64,000 nucleotides of DNA from Candidatus Bathyarchaeota archaeon (GCA_963782525.1 CAWAKC010000006.1:32001-96000); one strand, 5' to 3'; counted from the stretch's first letter, positions 28,963 to 39,122 are shown. Numbers and translations: made by a program. The notes: a model not told the origin generated them from the sequence alone.

Positions 28963-29517
28963 ATGTTCCCCAAAATAGAAGACATTGCTAAACGCCGAAA
29001 ACAGCTAGGCATAAAACAATCAGAACTCGCCAAAGCCGCAGGCGTTAGCCAATCCCTAATCGCCAAACTCGAAGCAGGAACCATCGACTCCTCCTACACC
29101 AAAGTAAAAACCATATTCGACGTGCTCGAACGCTTAGAATTCAAAACCAAAATTCAAGCAGAAAAAATCCTCCACAATGACGTTCTCAGCATCCAAAAAG
29201 ACCAGGCAATTTCAGAAGTTGTAAAAATAATGAAAGATCACAGTTACTCACAGTTACCCGTCTTTAACGGAAAACAATCAGTGGGAAGCATTTCGGAGAA
29301 AGCAATTCTACGCCAGATTCTTTCGGGAAAAGACTTCGAAGAAATCTCCAAATTACCAACCGAAGATATTATGGAAGAAGCGTTCCCCCAAATAAACGAG
29401 GATGCTCCTTTATCGTTGATTACAAGTCTTCTGCAGACTTACTCAGCTGTTTTAGTCTCAAAAAAAGGTGCAGTGATCGGCATTATTACGAAGGCAGACT
29501 TGCTAAGAATGCTTTAA
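28963..29517 (+). CDS. XRE HTH plus tandem CBS domain transcriptional regulator
   Basis: Q.ELA..AGVSQSLIAKLE; two CBS repeats (YSQLPV...VG.ISE, GIITKADLL). Confidence 0.92.
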   Translation: MFPKIEDIAKRRKQLGIKQSELAKAAGVSQSLIAKLEAGTIDSSYTKVKTIFDVLERLEFKTKIQAEKILHNDVLSIQKDQAISEVVKIMKDHSYSQLPVFNGKQSVGSISEKAILRQILSGKDFEEISKLPTEDIMEEAFPQINEDAPLSLITSLLQTYSAVLVSKKGAVIGIITKADLLRML

Positions 29518-29734
29518 GCCTATTTTTTTCTTAGCCCCATCACGCGCACTCAAATCAATGTCATGTTGGAGCCACGTACGTCTCTTGGTTGCGCCCCTCT
29601 CTATACAATTCATGTAACCCAGCCAAAAGCGAACAACCATACCCATCGCTTACCCCTCATTAACCTTATAAAAACCACCGTCATAAGCATCTACAATCCA
29701 TATCCAACGGTAAAGGACGAGAGAGGAAAAATTA

Positions 29735-29911
29735 ATGAGTGGTCATGAAGAACCCAAGTTTGAGAGTAGAGAAAGAAAAAACTATCGAATAGACATAGGC
29801 GCCTACGGAAGCATAGGCATTGAAGCCCCAACCAAAGACGAATGCTTAGAACTATTCAAAGAAGTAACAAGGACCAAGCGCTATTCCAGCATAGACGAAG
29901 CCATAAGATAA
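29735..29911 (+). CDS. 58-aa hypothetical microprotein (not in the ORF track)
   Basis: MSGHEEPKFE...DEAIR; GAGG and a TATA-like CTTATAAAA upstream. Confidence 0.55.
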   Translation: MSGHEEPKFESRERKNYRIDIGAYGSIGIEAPTKDECLELFKEVTRTKRYSSIDEAIR

Positions 29912-30038
29912 GAAAAGCAATGTTTTTTCAAGATGCCACTGTCTCCAAAAAGAGCCATTTACGACCTGCCCTTAGTGAAAAGCCTACCCTTTTAGGTTTA
30001 TGCATTCATCTCTTAACAGGCTCCAAATAGGTTTCATT

Positions 30039-31487
30039 TTATCCTATTTCTGTTATTGGTTCGTCAGCTTTTTCTGTTTTTTTGGTTCTGCCGCCGATTA
30101 TTGCTGGGACCAGAGCGATAGCGTTTATGATGGCGAAAGCGAAGTACGTGTTTTTGAGGCTGTCAACGAATAGGGTTCTTCCTGCGGCGGGGATGGCTGC
30201 GGGGTTTACGCTACTAATAATTTGGGTTATGAGGTTGTAGGGTGCAGTTAAGGACATTATTAGGACTGTTAGATTGAGGCTGACGGTTAAGCCAATGTTG
30301 AGAAACAGGGTAAAGAGGGCACTGCCGATGCCGTGCCTTTCAACTGGAACGGAACTCATGACTGCCCGCAGGTTTGGCGCTACGAACAATCCAGTGCCGA
30401 CGCCGAGCAACACCATGTAGACACTGAGCGTAAAATAGGGTGTTGCCTGCCCCGTGGTGGAGAAAAGAAACAGCGCAACCGTGCTAATCGTTAAGCCCGT
30501 AAGGATGAATTGGGTTTGCCCATACTTGTCCGCCAACCTGCCGCTTAGTGGCCCAACAGCTAAGAACGCGATTTCAAAAGGCAAAATCCGTAACCCCGCC
30601 TGCAACGGACTTAAGTTATCGACCAATTGAAACTGTAAACTCAACAACAAAAGCACCGCGGTCCAAGTGATGATGTTGAAGAGGAGTGCGAATAATCCGC
30701 CGGAAACTTGCCTTATCCTGAAAACCCGCAGATAAATCAGGGGATACTTTGCTCTTCTCTCGTATCCAACAAAAATTGCAATAAAAACCACTGCGCCTGC
30801 GAGCAAGGCGTAAGAGTAGGTTAGCCCGCTTGTGCCATACGCGCCAAAAGTTAACCCAACCATAAGGCAAAAGAGAAACGCTGTAAACAACCCGAAGCCA
30901 ATCCAGTCGATTCTTCGGTTCGGATCCAAAAGCGCTGTTTCCTTGAGCTGTCGACTAGCCCACAGTGTGCCGAATATGCCAATGGGTATGTTGATGTAAA
31001 AAAGAGCGCGCCAATCCAAAAAAGACAAAATCAAGCCGCTGAGCGTTAAACCTAAAAGTGCGCCGGCGCGGAAAGCAATCTGGTTAATTCCCAAAAACAA
31101 CCCCAGTTGCCGCCTCGGAGCCGCATCCGACAAAATCGCTATACTGTTCGTAAAGACCAATGCTGCGCCGATACCTTGGACTCCTCTAAACAAGATTACT
31201 TCGGTGGGGTCTGTTCCTATGCTGGTTAATGCTGAGCCGACGGTGAAGATGGCGAAGCCGTAAGTGTAGATTTTTACTCTCCCAAAAATGTCGCCTAGTC
31301 TCCCAATCAGCGATAACATGAGAGTGTTAGTTAATACGTAGGCTTGAGTTATCCAAATGGCTTGCTCGATATCTGCGTGGAGTTGCTCGGAGACCTGTGG
31401 CAACCCGATGATGACTATGCGGGTGTCTATGCCTACCATTAAAACGCCGATTGTTGTAACTGTTAACGCTAACCATTTGTACTCCAA
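30039..31487 (-). CDS. MFS transporter, DHA2-like (14 TM)
   Basis: GRLGD.FGR, RGVQG.G and WR..F.IN.P.G motifs. Confidence 0.92.
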   Translation of the reverse strand: MEYKWLALTVTTIGVLMVGIDTRIVIIGLPQVSEQLHADIEQAIWITQAYVLTNTLMLSLIGRLGDIFGRVKIYTYGFAIFTVGSALTSIGTDPTEVILFRGVQGIGAALVFTNSIAILSDAAPRRQLGLFLGINQIAFRAGALLGLTLSGLILSFLDWRALFYINIPIGIFGTLWASRQLKETALLDPNRRIDWIGFGLFTAFLFCLMVGLTFGAYGTSGLTYSYALLAGAVVFIAIFVGYERRAKYPLIYLRVFRIRQVSGGLFALLFNIITWTAVLLLLSLQFQLVDNLSPLQAGLRILPFEIAFLAVGPLSGRLADKYGQTQFILTGLTISTVALFLFSTTGQATPYFTLSVYMVLLGVGTGLFVAPNLRAVMSSVPVERHGIGSALFTLFLNIGLTVSLNLTVLIMSLTAPYNLITQIISSVNPAAIPAAGRTLFVDSLKNTYFAFAIINAIALVPAIIGGRTKKTEKADEPITEIG

Positions 31488-31591
31488 AAAAGTAACTCCA
31501 AAAGACGGCGGTAAATCCGCATTTTATTTTATGTTTGCTGAGGTAATTAACTCTTTACTGCAAAAACCAATATCACAAAAAGAAAAGAAAG

Positions 31592-32728
31592 TTAGAGTGC
31601 AGGACGTGTACCCAACGTGAGTGCCACGTCAATCTGGCTGTTTCCTCGAATTACAGTCAGCGTTAAGCTATCGCCTGGCAAGGTGTTTTGTTCGAGGTAG
31701 CTTGCTAAGTCATCGTTGTTCTTGATCGTTTGGCCGTTCATTGCTATGATGACGTCGCCAACTTGAAGTTTCCCATCTGAGGGTCCGCCGCTTTTTATTG
31801 TGGCTATTTGCCAGCCGTAGGTGACGCTTGCATTGGTTTGATGCGCTGTTGTGTAATCCATATCTGTTCCGGTTACGCCCAAATAGGAGTGTCCCTGGTA
31901 TGAACCAGCTGAAATCAAAGCTGACACTTCCCTGAGAATTGTGTCTGAGGGAATGGCGAAGCCTAAGCCCTGAGAATCAGAAACAATTGCTGTCGTTATT
32001 CCGACTACGTTTCCGACTGCGTTTAGGAGTGGACCGCCTGAGTTGCCGGGGTTTATGGGTGTGCTGGTCTGTATGATGTTGGCGATTGCGTAGCCGCCAG
32101 CGGTGTCCTCAGTTATGGTTCGTCCTGTGGCGCTCACAACTCCTGTAGTTAATGAGCCTACCAGCCCATATGGGTTGCCTATGGCGATTACGGGTTCACC
32201 TACACCTAAAGTTGAGGAGCTCACGATTGTTAATGGGTTGAACTCAGAAGCTGGGGCATTCGAAGATACAGAAACAACTGCTAAATCCGAGTACGGATCA
32301 GTTCCAAGAACCTTGGCGCCGTAGCCGTGGCCATCAGAGAAAGTCACGCTCAACCCGGTCGTACCTTGGACGACGTGGTAGTTGGTTAACACTACGGTTT
32401 GGCCAGCGAAATTATATACAAAGCCTGAACCTTGTACGCCTCCGCTGCTTGTTTCACCCTGCACTAATACAACCGATGCCCTAACGTTGCTGTAGATGTT
32501 TGCGAGGGATGTTCCATTTTGGAATATCGTGATGGTTTGGTAAGTTGCGTTTTGGTGTCCTTCAAGGTTTGAGACTGCGCTCTGTAAGTCAGTGATTTGA
32601 CCGTTAAGGCTGGTTACTTGACGGTAAGATACAAAGTAGATGAGTAACCCTCCGACAAGTAATCCCAAAACGAATAGTAGTATTAGGACGCTGGCGGAAG
32701 CTTTGCTGTAACCTTTAGACGTTAACAC
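31592..32728 (-). CDS. Membrane-anchored HtrA/DegP-like serine protease with PDZ domain
   Basis: TNYHVV, DLAV and GNSGGPL motifs; C-terminal PDZ. Confidence 0.92.
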   Translation of the reverse strand: MLTSKGYSKASASVLILLFVLGLLVGGLLIYFVSYRQVTSLNGQITDLQSAVSNLEGHQNATYQTITIFQNGTSLANIYSNVRASVVLVQGETSSGGVQGSGFVYNFAGQTVVLTNYHVVQGTTGLSVTFSDGHGYGAKVLGTDPYSDLAVVSVSSNAPASEFNPLTIVSSSTLGVGEPVIAIGNPYGLVGSLTTGVVSATGRTITEDTAGGYAIANIIQTSTPINPGNSGGPLLNAVGNVVGITTAIVSDSQGLGFAIPSDTILREVSALISAGSYQGHSYLGVTGTDMDYTTAHQTNASVTYGWQIATIKSGGPSDGKLQVGDVIIAMNGQTIKNNDDLASYLEQNTLPGDSLTLTVIRGNSQIDVALTLGTRPAL

Positions 32729-32775
32729 GGTACTGCGCCTCGAAAGAGGATAAACGAATAAGAAAATAAAAGTTG

Positions 32776-33789
32776 CTATGCTCGACGGTCAATAAGGTCC
32801 AAAGCGTCTGGTCCTGTGCCGATAAACACAATGGGTACGCCTGTTCGGGTTTCAACTTCTTTTATGAATTCTTTAGCTTCTTTGGGCAAGTCACTGAATT
32901 TTCGGGCAGATCTGCAGGTTGGATAGATACAGTCGAGCTTAGTCATGGCGGCTTGTGTGGCGCCGTTAATCTTGGCGGTTTTTTTGGCTAAGTCAAAATC
33001 GAACGGTGCGCTGCGCCGGTCGCGGCCTGTTCCTGCAGCAACTTCAAACCAGCCTCGTTTGAGGGCTTCTTCTTTGGTTATTTCGCCAGGTAACGGTCCT
33101 GCGCCCACTCGAGTCATAAACGACTTGTAAACGATGATCACGTCGTCGACTCTTGTTGGTCCAACGCCTGCTTCTGAAGCGATAGCAGATGCTCCTGTGT
33201 CTCTACCTGTAACATAGGGGTAGCCGCCGCCCAAGAAAAGCGACAACATAAAACCCTGTGTTCCTTCCAGCAGCACACTTTTGCCAACGTCTAAACCATC
33301 GTTAACTTCCATAATTTGGTCTGCGAGATAAGGTTTGAGTTCCGGAATATCCTTGGCAAGCTTAGCGGTGCGCCTTACACGTTCCTCAAGAGCTGGTCCA
33401 ACGCCTCTGCCTGTGGTTCCGATACCTTTGTTGACTGCACTTGCTTTGTCTTGTTCACAGTGTTTTTGCTCGATGATTGAAGCGTTCTGGTCTATTCCCA
33501 TTCTTTTGGGGTCAACTTGGGTTAGTGCCATTTCATCGAAGAAGGTTTTTACGTCAACGTTTGCGCCTGCAGCAATCAGCAAGCGAGTTTTGGGGTTTAT
33601 GAATGCGGCTGGAACCATGTGTAATGCGTATTTTTTGCCTTCATACCAAACGGTGTGGGCGGCGTTTACGGAGCCTGTTCGGACACAGAAATCAAGGTTG
33701 TCTTTGAGGGCTAAGTACGAGATTATTTTTCCTTTGCCTTCATCTCCCCAGAAGGCGCCAACGATTACTGAGCAAGGCATAACTTTCAC
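32776..33789 (-). CDS. purA: Adenylosuccinate synthetase (short archaeal form)
   Basis: GDEGKGK, GTTGRGVGP, EGTQG, YPYVT and TKLD motifs. Confidence 0.95.
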   Translation of the reverse strand: MKVMPCSVIVGAFWGDEGKGKIISYLALKDNLDFCVRTGSVNAAHTVWYEGKKYALHMVPAAFINPKTRLLIAAGANVDVKTFFDEMALTQVDPKRMGIDQNASIIEQKHCEQDKASAVNKGIGTTGRGVGPALEERVRRTAKLAKDIPELKPYLADQIMEVNDGLDVGKSVLLEGTQGFMLSLFLGGGYPYVTGRDTGASAIASEAGVGPTRVDDVIIVYKSFMTRVGAGPLPGEITKEEALKRGWFEVAAGTGRDRRSAPFDFDLAKKTAKINGATQAAMTKLDCIYPTCRSARKFSDLPKEAKEFIKEVETRTGVPIVFIGTGPDALDLIDRRA

Positions 33790-33839
33790 CGTTGGTTAGT
33801 CTGTTCAGGAATTATTTAAAGCTGAGGGTTTTTGTCGGT

Positions 33840-34046
33840 TTATTCTTTGCTGGATTTTTTGTCTTCGTTTATCAGTTGTGCTAAACGGTAGGTGATGTAG
33901 GCTGAGAAGCTGTGGATGCCTTTTTTTATAGCGTAGTCGTCTTTTACTTTGAGCCATTCGTTAAAAAAGTAGTCGTAAACATCAGCCTTAACAGTGATGC
34001 TTTTGTAGCCTTTTTTCGGCGTTTGTGTTTCCCTCTCTTCAGCCAT
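33840..34046 (-). CDS. Small ribbon-helix-helix-like DNA-binding protein
   Basis: GYKSITV strand followed by two helices. Confidence 0.6.
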   Translation of the reverse strand: MAEERETQTPKKGYKSITVKADVYDYFFNEWLKVKDDYAIKKGIHSFSAYITYRLAQLINEDKKSSKE

Positions 34047-34583
34047 AGTATCCGAACGTACATTTATTTAAGGGTAACTCCTATTTTTGGGTAGTATTTT
34101 ACAGAGTTAAACCTATTATTCTATAATTTTAGCATGGACGAGGTACTGCCCACCGCATAAGATATCCTAAACTCTGCACTAAAAGGTTTCCCATTGTAGC
34201 AGATGCGTGGTAATATCTTAGTGTAGTAGCAGTAATTGAATGTAGCAACCTTTAGATCATCAGCCTTACAGTAGTAGAAACTTGGGTGAGTAGCAACTTT
34301 TTTAGGATAAACCTCTGTAGCAGAAAGTAGCCTTATTCTATGTAGCACAATTTGAGGTGAATAATAATATTGTTTACGCTACTTTACTCTATCACTTGCT
34401 ATAGCTTGGAAAAATTGAAAGAAAACTTTGTTGTCTTTAAGCGAAAGCGTAAGTGCAGACAAGCACGAAAGCGTTATGACAGAGCGCAACGAAAGTGGAG
34501 CGTTACCCAAAGGGCTATTGTGCGTTACGTTATCCCTCTTAGCCAATCTCTATGTCTCTATGTAATCTTGAAACTTGGAAAAC

Positions 34584-34769
34584 TCAATCCTTTAAGTTTT
34601 TGGCATATCTCATAAACAAATACAACGCTTGAAGAGCTACCCCTAAAATTATTAGATTCCCACCCCAAGTAGTTGCATCAGTGTTTGCATGTGCCAAAAG
34701 TAAAAGAGCGCCCATTACTATACATATTGCAGGAACCGTATAGGCTAATACTTTTATGTCAACTGGCAT
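34584..34769 (-). CDS. Small 2-TM membrane protein
   Basis: 61 aa with two hydrophobic helices. Confidence 0.55.
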   Translation of the reverse strand: MPVDIKVLAYTVPAICIVMGALLLLAHANTDATTWGGNLIILGVALQALYLFMRYAKNLKD

Positions 34770-34860
34770 CTGATTCTCAACTTCTCTTTTCTGAATAAGC
34801 CATTATGATACTATGCAGATTTAAGGCTTGTCTCAGTGCAAAGTAGCGAAATTCCACTGA

Positions 34861-35436
34861 TTAAGTCCATGTTATAGCCCAGTTCCAATTATAGCTACTC
34901 GGTAATTGGAAGGGAAACGAGAATTGTATATCCGCTAATTGATAAACAGAATGCCCATTGACCGTTCCAATACTATTGTAAGTTTTAACGAACTGACCAC
35001 CGTTAAAGGTGAATGTGAATGTTATTACCACATTAGACGCTGAGTTAGTACCAAAGTTTACGATAAAACCATTAGAAAAAGTTATGATACTATTCGGACT
35101 GACATACATCACATTAGGAGAAATTGTAATGAACGCTGAAAGGGTTGATGCTGGATTATAACCCTGTCCTGTTGGACCCTGAAGTCCTTGTATTCCCTGA
35201 GCACCTTGTGGACCTATAGCACCTGTACCGCCCGTAACTCCTGTAGGTCCTTGTGGTCCAGTTGCACCCGTAGCTCCTGTTGTTCCTGTAGCCCCCGTTG
35301 CACCCGTATCACCTTTTTGCCCTTTAATCACATCTAATTGTGTAACCACCCCAACAGAGACTAAGCTCGAAACCAACATGGCAACAATCAAACCAACAAC
35401 AAATAAGCCCTTTGATATTCCTGTAGTTTTAGACAT
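34861..35436 (-). CDS. Membrane-anchored collagen-like protein
   Basis: N-terminal TM, ~17 contiguous G-X-X triplets and a beta-rich C-terminal domain. Confidence 0.85.
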   Translation of the reverse strand: MSKTTGISKGLFVVGLIVAMLVSSLVSVGVVTQLDVIKGQKGDTGATGATGTTGATGATGPQGPTGVTGGTGAIGPQGAQGIQGLQGPTGQGYNPASTLSAFITISPNVMYVSPNSIITFSNGFIVNFGTNSASNVVITFTFTFNGGQFVKTYNSIGTVNGHSVYQLADIQFSFPFQLPSSYNWNWAITWT

Positions 35437-35583
35437 TAGGATACCTTCGTTTTATCGCATTAGGCTATTATCATGCGATGTAAATTTAAGACTTATCATC
35501 ATGAAAACTTGGCAACGCTAACAAGCACTATAAGCTTATATCTGTAGACCCAACAAAGAGGCTAATGTGGGGAAATCGAATAA

Positions 35584-36282
35584 ATGACAAGCCAAAAACC
35601 TCGGCATTTGGGCAGAAATATTGGAGCTGCTGTTATAGTGATAGCTGTTCTTATTGTAGCTATTTTTGCGGTTGTATATTTCTCAGGAAATTCTCTTAGA
35701 ATTGGAAATCCATTTGACTTCAAAATCTCAACCATCGATTCAAGCGGAACAGCTATGCAGGGTAGTAGCATACAAACTACTGTTTACATTAACGTAATAA
35801 GCGGTAATCCTCAAACAGTGACTTTAAGTGCTGACAGTGGGTCAAGTGGTATAAACTGCAACTTTAGCCCATCATCAAACACGCCAGACTTCTCAAGCAC
35901 ATTAACTCTAAACGTTCCATCTTCAACACCGACAAGTGCTTATTCAGTAACAATAACAGCATCAAGTGGGGAAATATCTCATAGCACATCCTACAGCATT
36001 TCAGTTCTAAGCGCTAAAGTACTCGTCTCTGGTTCTGTAGAGACAACAGGTTTGGGGACACATCCGACTGAAATTCAATTCATTGACCAACAAACATCCG
36101 TTACCTACACTGGAAGTCTATCAGGCACATCATATTCGATTAGTCTTCAAAATCAACATACTTACACCGTAACTGTTCATTGGGCAGGGCTTCTGTTCAC
36201 TTCTGGAACATACAATGGTGGTAGTCTGTATGTCTACGCACCAGTTGGATATACGTCAATGAACCAAGACTATTCTGGTTAA
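35584..36282 (+). CDS. Membrane-anchored Ser/Thr-rich beta-sandwich (Ig-like) surface protein
   Basis: N-terminal TM; STLTLNV...Y.VTITA pattern. Confidence 0.7.
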   Translation: MTSQKPRHLGRNIGAAVIVIAVLIVAIFAVVYFSGNSLRIGNPFDFKISTIDSSGTAMQGSSIQTTVYINVISGNPQTVTLSADSGSSGINCNFSPSSNTPDFSSTLTLNVPSSTPTSAYSVTITASSGEISHSTSYSISVLSAKVLVSGSVETTGLGTHPTEIQFIDQQTSVTYTGSLSGTSYSISLQNQHTYTVTVHWAGLLFTSGTYNGGSLYVYAPVGYTSMNQDYSG

Positions 36283-36315
36283 TTCGTCTTACTTGCTCAT
36301 TGAGAGAAACTTGGA

Positions 36316-36708
36316 TTATTCGTTCCTTTCCAGTCTATCCCCGAAATGAAGTATCGGAACAGCATTATAGAATCCAGCACTCTTGTTCTCGGGTTCGAGT
36401 GGGTAAGTGCTTTCTAAGTCTCTCCATTTCTCTGCATCTGTCAGGGTGTGGTCAAGCTCGATGTGTAACTTCACTCTAAGTTCTCGATCACGAACCTCTC
36501 GCCATTCAGCTAACTCTCTGTCGTGTTGCTCCCGAGACTCGGCTGAGAGGTCATAGTATTGGAAGAACTTATGCGTTAAAATGTACTCTTCGTACTGTTC
36601 TTTAGTGAAGCCCTTAAATCTATATTGTATTTGTTTTAGGGTCTTCTTCTCTTGCTTCTTTTTCTCTGAAGCTTCTATTATTATTGGATTAATTTGTAAA
36701 GTTTCCAA
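36316..36708 (-). CDS. Hypothetical protein
   Basis: 130-aa ORF; GGAG upstream. Confidence 0.6.
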   Translation of the reverse strand: METLQINPIIIEASEKKKQEKKTLKQIQYRFKGFTKEQYEEYILTHKFFQYYDLSAESREQHDRELAEWREVRDRELRVKLHIELDHTLTDAEKWRDLESTYPLEPENKSAGFYNAVPILHFGDRLERNE

Positions 36709-36738
36709 AATTTTTTAAACTCCTTTTTCTTAAAAGAA

Positions 36739-36781
36739 AATAGGGGAAGGAAAGAAGGTAATCTTAGAAACTTCCCCTATT
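36739..36781 (-). terminator. 11-bp-stem hairpin after the small-gene operon
   Basis: AATAGGGGAAG ... CTTCCCCTATT, followed by a T-rich tract on the minus strand. Confidence 0.55.
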
Positions 36782-36798
36782 CGCTTGAGATGTGAGTG

Positions 36799-37128
36799 TT
36801 AGTTATTCTTCTTTTTTTGATACTGGTTCAATATCTTTCTAACATCATTGTTTAGGGTTCTCGCTGCTCCCCTGTACATTGAGTTAGTAGGGGAAGGAAG
36901 GACAGGAAGAATATTCTCAATTACTGAACGTCTACCTTCTTCTTTTGCTTGCTCGCATACCTTAGCTATTTCTGCTCGTTTAATGCGCTGGTTGTTCTCT
37001 AATCTTTTCTTAGCGTTTAGAAGTTCTGCTTCTCTGGTCTTTGCTCGGTTAACGCTTTCTCTTAGCTCGGCTTCTCTCTGTTGTATTGCCATTAACTTAC
37101 CTCTTAGCTCTGCTTCTTTATTGCTCAT
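36799..37128 (-). CDS. Coiled-coil hypothetical protein
   Basis: Repeated (K/R)EAEL heptad units. Confidence 0.65.
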   Translation of the reverse strand: MSNKEAELRGKLMAIQQREAELRESVNRAKTREAELLNAKKRLENNQRIKRAEIAKVCEQAKEEGRRSVIENILPVLPSPTNSMYRGAARTLNNDVRKILNQYQKKKNN

Positions 37129-37383
37129 TTAGATGCTGTCTCCGACCTGTAGCTCGTCTGCATGATATTTGATAAAATCTCTAAGTTTACATGATTCTCT
37201 GAACTCTTCATTTATGGAACGGTAGCATGTACCATTTTTAGCGGTTTTATTAAGCCAGCGTAGTTGTGCCTTTACCTTGGTCTTAGCATAGGCGATTGGT
37301 CTACAGTGGTCGCAGAATTTTTCATTTAGTTTGAGTGGAGTTCCACAATTACAGATATGTCTCAGTGTTTCTTGTAGGCTCAT
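37129..37383 (-). CDS. Zn-finger hypothetical protein
   Basis: CNCG...FCDHC; abuts its neighbours. Confidence 0.6.
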   Translation of the reverse strand: MSLQETLRHICNCGTPLKLNEKFCDHCRPIAYAKTKVKAQLRWLNKTAKNGTCYRSINEEFRESCKLRDFIKYHADELQVGDSI

Positions 37384-37388
37384 AATAA

Positions 37389-38102
37389 TTAACGCCTTAA
37401 CCGTTCCTTTGATTCTTTGTTTCCTTTTCCAAGGAACGAACCCAACCCAAATCCACTCTTCTTCTTTTCTGGTTCTTTCTTTGCAGATTTTAAAGTAGCA
37501 CAGTATTCTTCTGGACTTGGACGGCGATAGCGTTTGTAAGTTGTATCGAATACAAACCCGAGACTTTTCATGTAAGCATCGTTATCCTGTCTTAAGGTAG
37601 CTACTCCCTCTGTAATCTTATCACAGGGGATAGGTGCTGCTTTTTCTACTACAGGGTCAGGTGTGCTTGCGGTCTTGAAAGTATAGATGTAGTTAACTCT
37701 CTCGCCATGAGTATCTGAATTGCAAACTTGAACGTAGACCTTAGCTTCTTCACCGTTTTCACTGAATCGAACATCTGAAGACTTATACTCAGAACCATCA
37801 AAGAAATTCCATTTATTTCTCTGTGGGTCAAATTTGATAGTGTATCTTCCATCTGAGAAACTTAGAGATTTCTTTAGAGTGGCTGATGCTACATCAAAGC
37901 TTTCTATTAATGAATTGAACTCTTTTACTAACCGCTCTATCTTGATTAAATCTGCTTGGTACTCTTGAGAGTGAACGTAAGGCTCTCCATTCTTCAGCCT
38001 AATGGAACTTGGATTATCTGTTTTACTGCTAAGTTGTTCTATCTCTTTCTTGAGAGATAATTTCTTAGACTTTATTTCATCATTACTCAAATTACTCGAC
38101 AC
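37389..38102 (-). CDS. Hypothetical protein
   Basis: 237-aa ORF in a tight operon. Confidence 0.65.
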   Translation of the reverse strand: MSSNLSNDEIKSKKLSLKKEIEQLSSKTDNPSSIRLKNGEPYVHSQEYQADLIKIERLVKEFNSLIESFDVASATLKKSLSFSDGRYTIKFDPQRNKWNFFDGSEYKSSDVRFSENGEEAKVYVQVCNSDTHGERVNYIYTFKTASTPDPVVEKAAPIPCDKITEGVATLRQDNDAYMKSLGFVFDTTYKRYRRPSPEEYCATLKSAKKEPEKKKSGFGLGSFLGKGNKESKERLRR

Positions 38103-38236
38103 ACTTACTCACTCCACCCAAATTCAATTCGTTGTGAAACACTCTTTTTGCGGAGAGTGGTTTGTCCCACAAGCGAATGATGCTTGACACTATAGATATT
38201 TGTTTTAGTTCCTATCATACTACTTTACCTTCTTTT

Positions 38237-38491
38237 TTAGACCTGATACTTAACTACTATTTTTTCAGCAAACGTGTCTTTGAGTCCACCTTCACTGTTT
38301 AAAGACTGAATGCTCTCGTAGTTGCTAAGAGCAATCTTAGTCTGAGATGACAACTCTTTATTGAAAAGTTCAACATTATTGATTAAAAGAGCCATCTGTT
38401 CTTCTAATGCTGTTTCTCTAAGATGCAGATAGTACAGCTTAACGTCTATATCTCCAAAGATTAATTTCCTGAGAGCTTGAGATAACTTCAA
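38237..38491 (-). CDS. Hypothetical protein
   Basis: 84 aa; start overlaps the upstream stop. Confidence 0.55.
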   Translation of the reverse strand: MKLSQALRKLIFGDIDVKLYYLHLRETALEEQMALLINNVELFNKELSSQTKIALSNYESIQSLNSEGGLKDTFAEKIVVKYQV

Positions 38492-38652
38492 TAGAATTGA
38501 CCTCGGGAGTTTCTTTTCCTTACTTTTCCAGCATTAGTTCTTTCCCTGCAACCATCAGAGCAGAATAGCTTGTCAGTGTAGTAAGTTTGGAACTCTTCTT
38601 TGCATCCAAGGCATTTTTTGTTTAGAATTACTTGGGATATGTTATTCATCAT
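38488..38652 (-). CDS. 54-aa zinc-finger microprotein (not in the ORF track)
   Basis: CLGC..EF......LFCSDGCR and a basic tail. Confidence 0.6.
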   Translation of the reverse strand: MMNNISQVILNKKCLGCKEEFQTYYTDKLFCSDGCRERTNAGKVRKRNSRGQFY

Positions 38653-38654
38653 TA

Positions 38655-39122
38655 TCAATCAAACTCTTTTCTGAAATTTTTCCATCTTGGATAATCGTGT
38701 ATCTTTAAGCTACACTCGGGACATCCTTTCGACTCGAAATGACTAAAGAAATAGCCACAAATGGAGCATTCAATATGATTCTCCACACAGGATAGGAATT
38801 GTTCTATCTCTCCAAGATTTATACCGTTACAAAGTGGAGTATCATCCTCTAAGTAGTGATGTATCTCTTGAAAGTCAACATTCACACCAATACTCTGGTA
38901 CAACTCTTTTCTATGATTGTAAGCTTCTTTCACTTGCTGGAGCGTCTTACCGTAAAAATATCTGTTAACAATACTCTCAAAGTTCTCTACTTTCTGAGTA
39001 ACTTGACTAACATTGGTCTTCAAAGCTGCTTCTATCTTAGTCTGTAACGATTGCTCTTTCTTCACTTGTTGGAAATGTCTTTGTCTCTCTGCATTAGTAG
39101 CGAAGATACGCTTTCTTCCCAC
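38655..39122 (-). CDS. Putative DNA-binding protein with C-terminal zinc ribbon
   Basis: GRKR.FATNAERQR N-terminal motif; CSIC...CPEC. Confidence 0.65.
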   Translation of the reverse strand: MGRKRIFATNAERQRHFQQVKKEQSLQTKIEAALKTNVSQVTQKVENFESIVNRYFYGKTLQQVKEAYNHRKELYQSIGVNVDFQEIHHYLEDDTPLCNGINLGEIEQFLSCVENHIECSICGYFFSHFESKGCPECSLKIHDYPRWKNFRKEFD

